A DNA stretch of 64,000 nt, taken from Takakia lepidozioides (taxonomy: Eukaryota > Plantae > Bryophyta). The notes under the pieces are model-generated. The model was not told the DNA's origin. It saw nothing but the letters and a program-made list of their open reading frames with translations, and ran no database searches. The stretch covers positions 13,640,001-13,704,000 of the forward strand of contig CM060732.1 of the NCBI GenBank assembly GCA_030704615.1, given 5' to 3'. The position numbers were made by a program, and so were the translations under genes. Of the stretch, positions 62,469-64,000 are shown piece after piece. Every line of letters starts with the position of its first letter. Positions within the stretch are counted from its first letter, which is position 1.

Positions 62469-64000
62469 TCTCCAATATACTTGTGGCTCTTCGTCCACCA
62501 TCCTTAGGAAATTGACCTCGATGTTGCTTCCTTTCCAAGCAAACTTTGCATAGACGCATATCGCTCATCTCCTTCAATGGTAGTCCTTCCACAAGATGGC
62601 TTGAGAGTTGCATCTGTCTCAACTTCTTAATGCTCACATGTCCTAACCTTCTATGCAACAACTCTGTTTATGACCTAACAGGTGTAGATCCCAACTGTGG
62701 TGAAAATGTGGTAAGAGCACTAGAGCCATGATGTTGTAATCTATACAAGCAATTATCAAGAATAGCTCTTGCTACCACAGCTCCTGAGCTATCTGTGATA
62801 GTACAACTCTCATCTTGGAATACCACTCTATATCCCTTTGCAACAATTTGCCTTACAGACAGCAGGTTCTTTGTTAAAGTAGGGACATGTAGGACATTTT
62901 CCACCTCTATGGTTTCCCCTTCATTGAGCATAAGTGAGACTGAGCCTTCCCCACCAATGGCATGCTTGTTATCATCTCCCAAAAGAACATATTGTGTAGG
63001 TGAAAGAGATCTATAGGATAAGAAATGCTCTCTCTCTGAACTCATATGTTGAGATGCTCCTGAATCAACATACCACACATGCTTCTGTCTAGTAGTGGCT
63101 GAGAGAGACACAACAAATAGAATAACATTCCTCTGATGAGTAGCTATGTTTCCTTGACTCTCTCTACTGCGCTCATATGCAATGCGCTTTCTACAATCCT
63201 TGATCATGTGACCAAGTTTCTTGCAATAAAAGCACCTTACTTTGGTCTTTTTGATCTTTGAGCTAGATTGAGGTTTTTGAAACCTCTGGGACTTCTGAGA
63301 CACATGTGAAGAGAGTCTTCTATTCAAGAGTACTCCAGTCTTGCTTGTGAACAAAGCTCTGTCTACCTCTGTAGACGTACCTTGACCTTTTCTTCTTGTT
63401 TCCTCCTTGAGGAGAAATTTTATGACAACATCAATAGTTAAGTTGGTTTGTCCTGCTAGAGACACCACAAAACCATCATAGGATTCAGGTAAGGTTGCCA
63501 ATAACACCACTGCGGTGTGTTCATCAGTCACATTAGTTCCCAAAGAGACTAGTTGATCTCGCAACACACAAAACAAATTCAAGTGTTGTTCAACTGAGTC
63601 TGACTCGGTCATCTTCAGACCATAGAACTTTTGCGTCGCATACACTTGCGATGTGACATCCTTCGTCTTATATATGCTTGCTAGCTTGTCCCAAACATCC
63701 TTAGCATTCTTAGCACTTATAACGAGATGCAACTGATTGTCTCTTAAGCTTGTGATGATGCTAGCTCTTGCTTTCTGATCTTTCCTATCCCATATGGCTT
63801 GGTCAACAATAGTGTCAAGTCTTGGGACTGATCCATTAACCACTCCCCATAGATCTTTGTCTAGAAGGACCATCCATCCTAAACTTCCAGGTTTGATAGT
63901 TATCTCCATTGAATCGATCTTCCACTCTCACATCTAATGCACTCGTCATAGACATAGAAAGATGATTGCTAGAAGATGACGCTCCAGCCATAATCAAGTT
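62469..64000 (-). mobile_element. Ty1/Copia retrotransposon fragment (gag, protease, GAG-pre-integrase), truncated before the integrase core
   Basis: 62668-63909: UBN2-type gag (LLATLPESY), knuckle CFYCKKLGHMIKDC, protease WYVDSGASQHM, VLHVPTLTKNLLSV. 62470-62661: HRRLGH...CKVC...KQHR. Confidence 0.95.

Overview
Eukaryotic plant genomic DNA, probably a non-seed plant such as a bryophyte (inferred, not certain). It holds one intact host gene, an 18-exon NADPH-cytochrome P450 reductase on the minus strand (10870-16690, ~680 aa). The rest is nested, decayed mobile DNA: two non-chromoviral Ty3/Gypsy fragments, two complementary halves of a chromodomain Gypsy family, a Copia fragment, a long-TIR foldback element, and a palindrome-jointed repeat family. 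The cargo in this mobile DNA is the most unusual feature. (1) An intron-containing, now disrupted gene at 55793-60775 (-) joins a ParB/Srx-like domain to a bacterial-type beta-class N4C/N6A DNA methyltransferase, next to arrays of a GGCGCC-centred palindrome. (2) A SET-domain gene lies in CACTA-like context. (3) A RING-H2 ORF and two tandem F-box-only mini-ORFs lie in LTR-element accessory regions. (4) An intronless OEP16 retrocopy is fused at the RNase H of a Gypsy element. All domain calls come from reading motifs by eye and need HMM confirmation.
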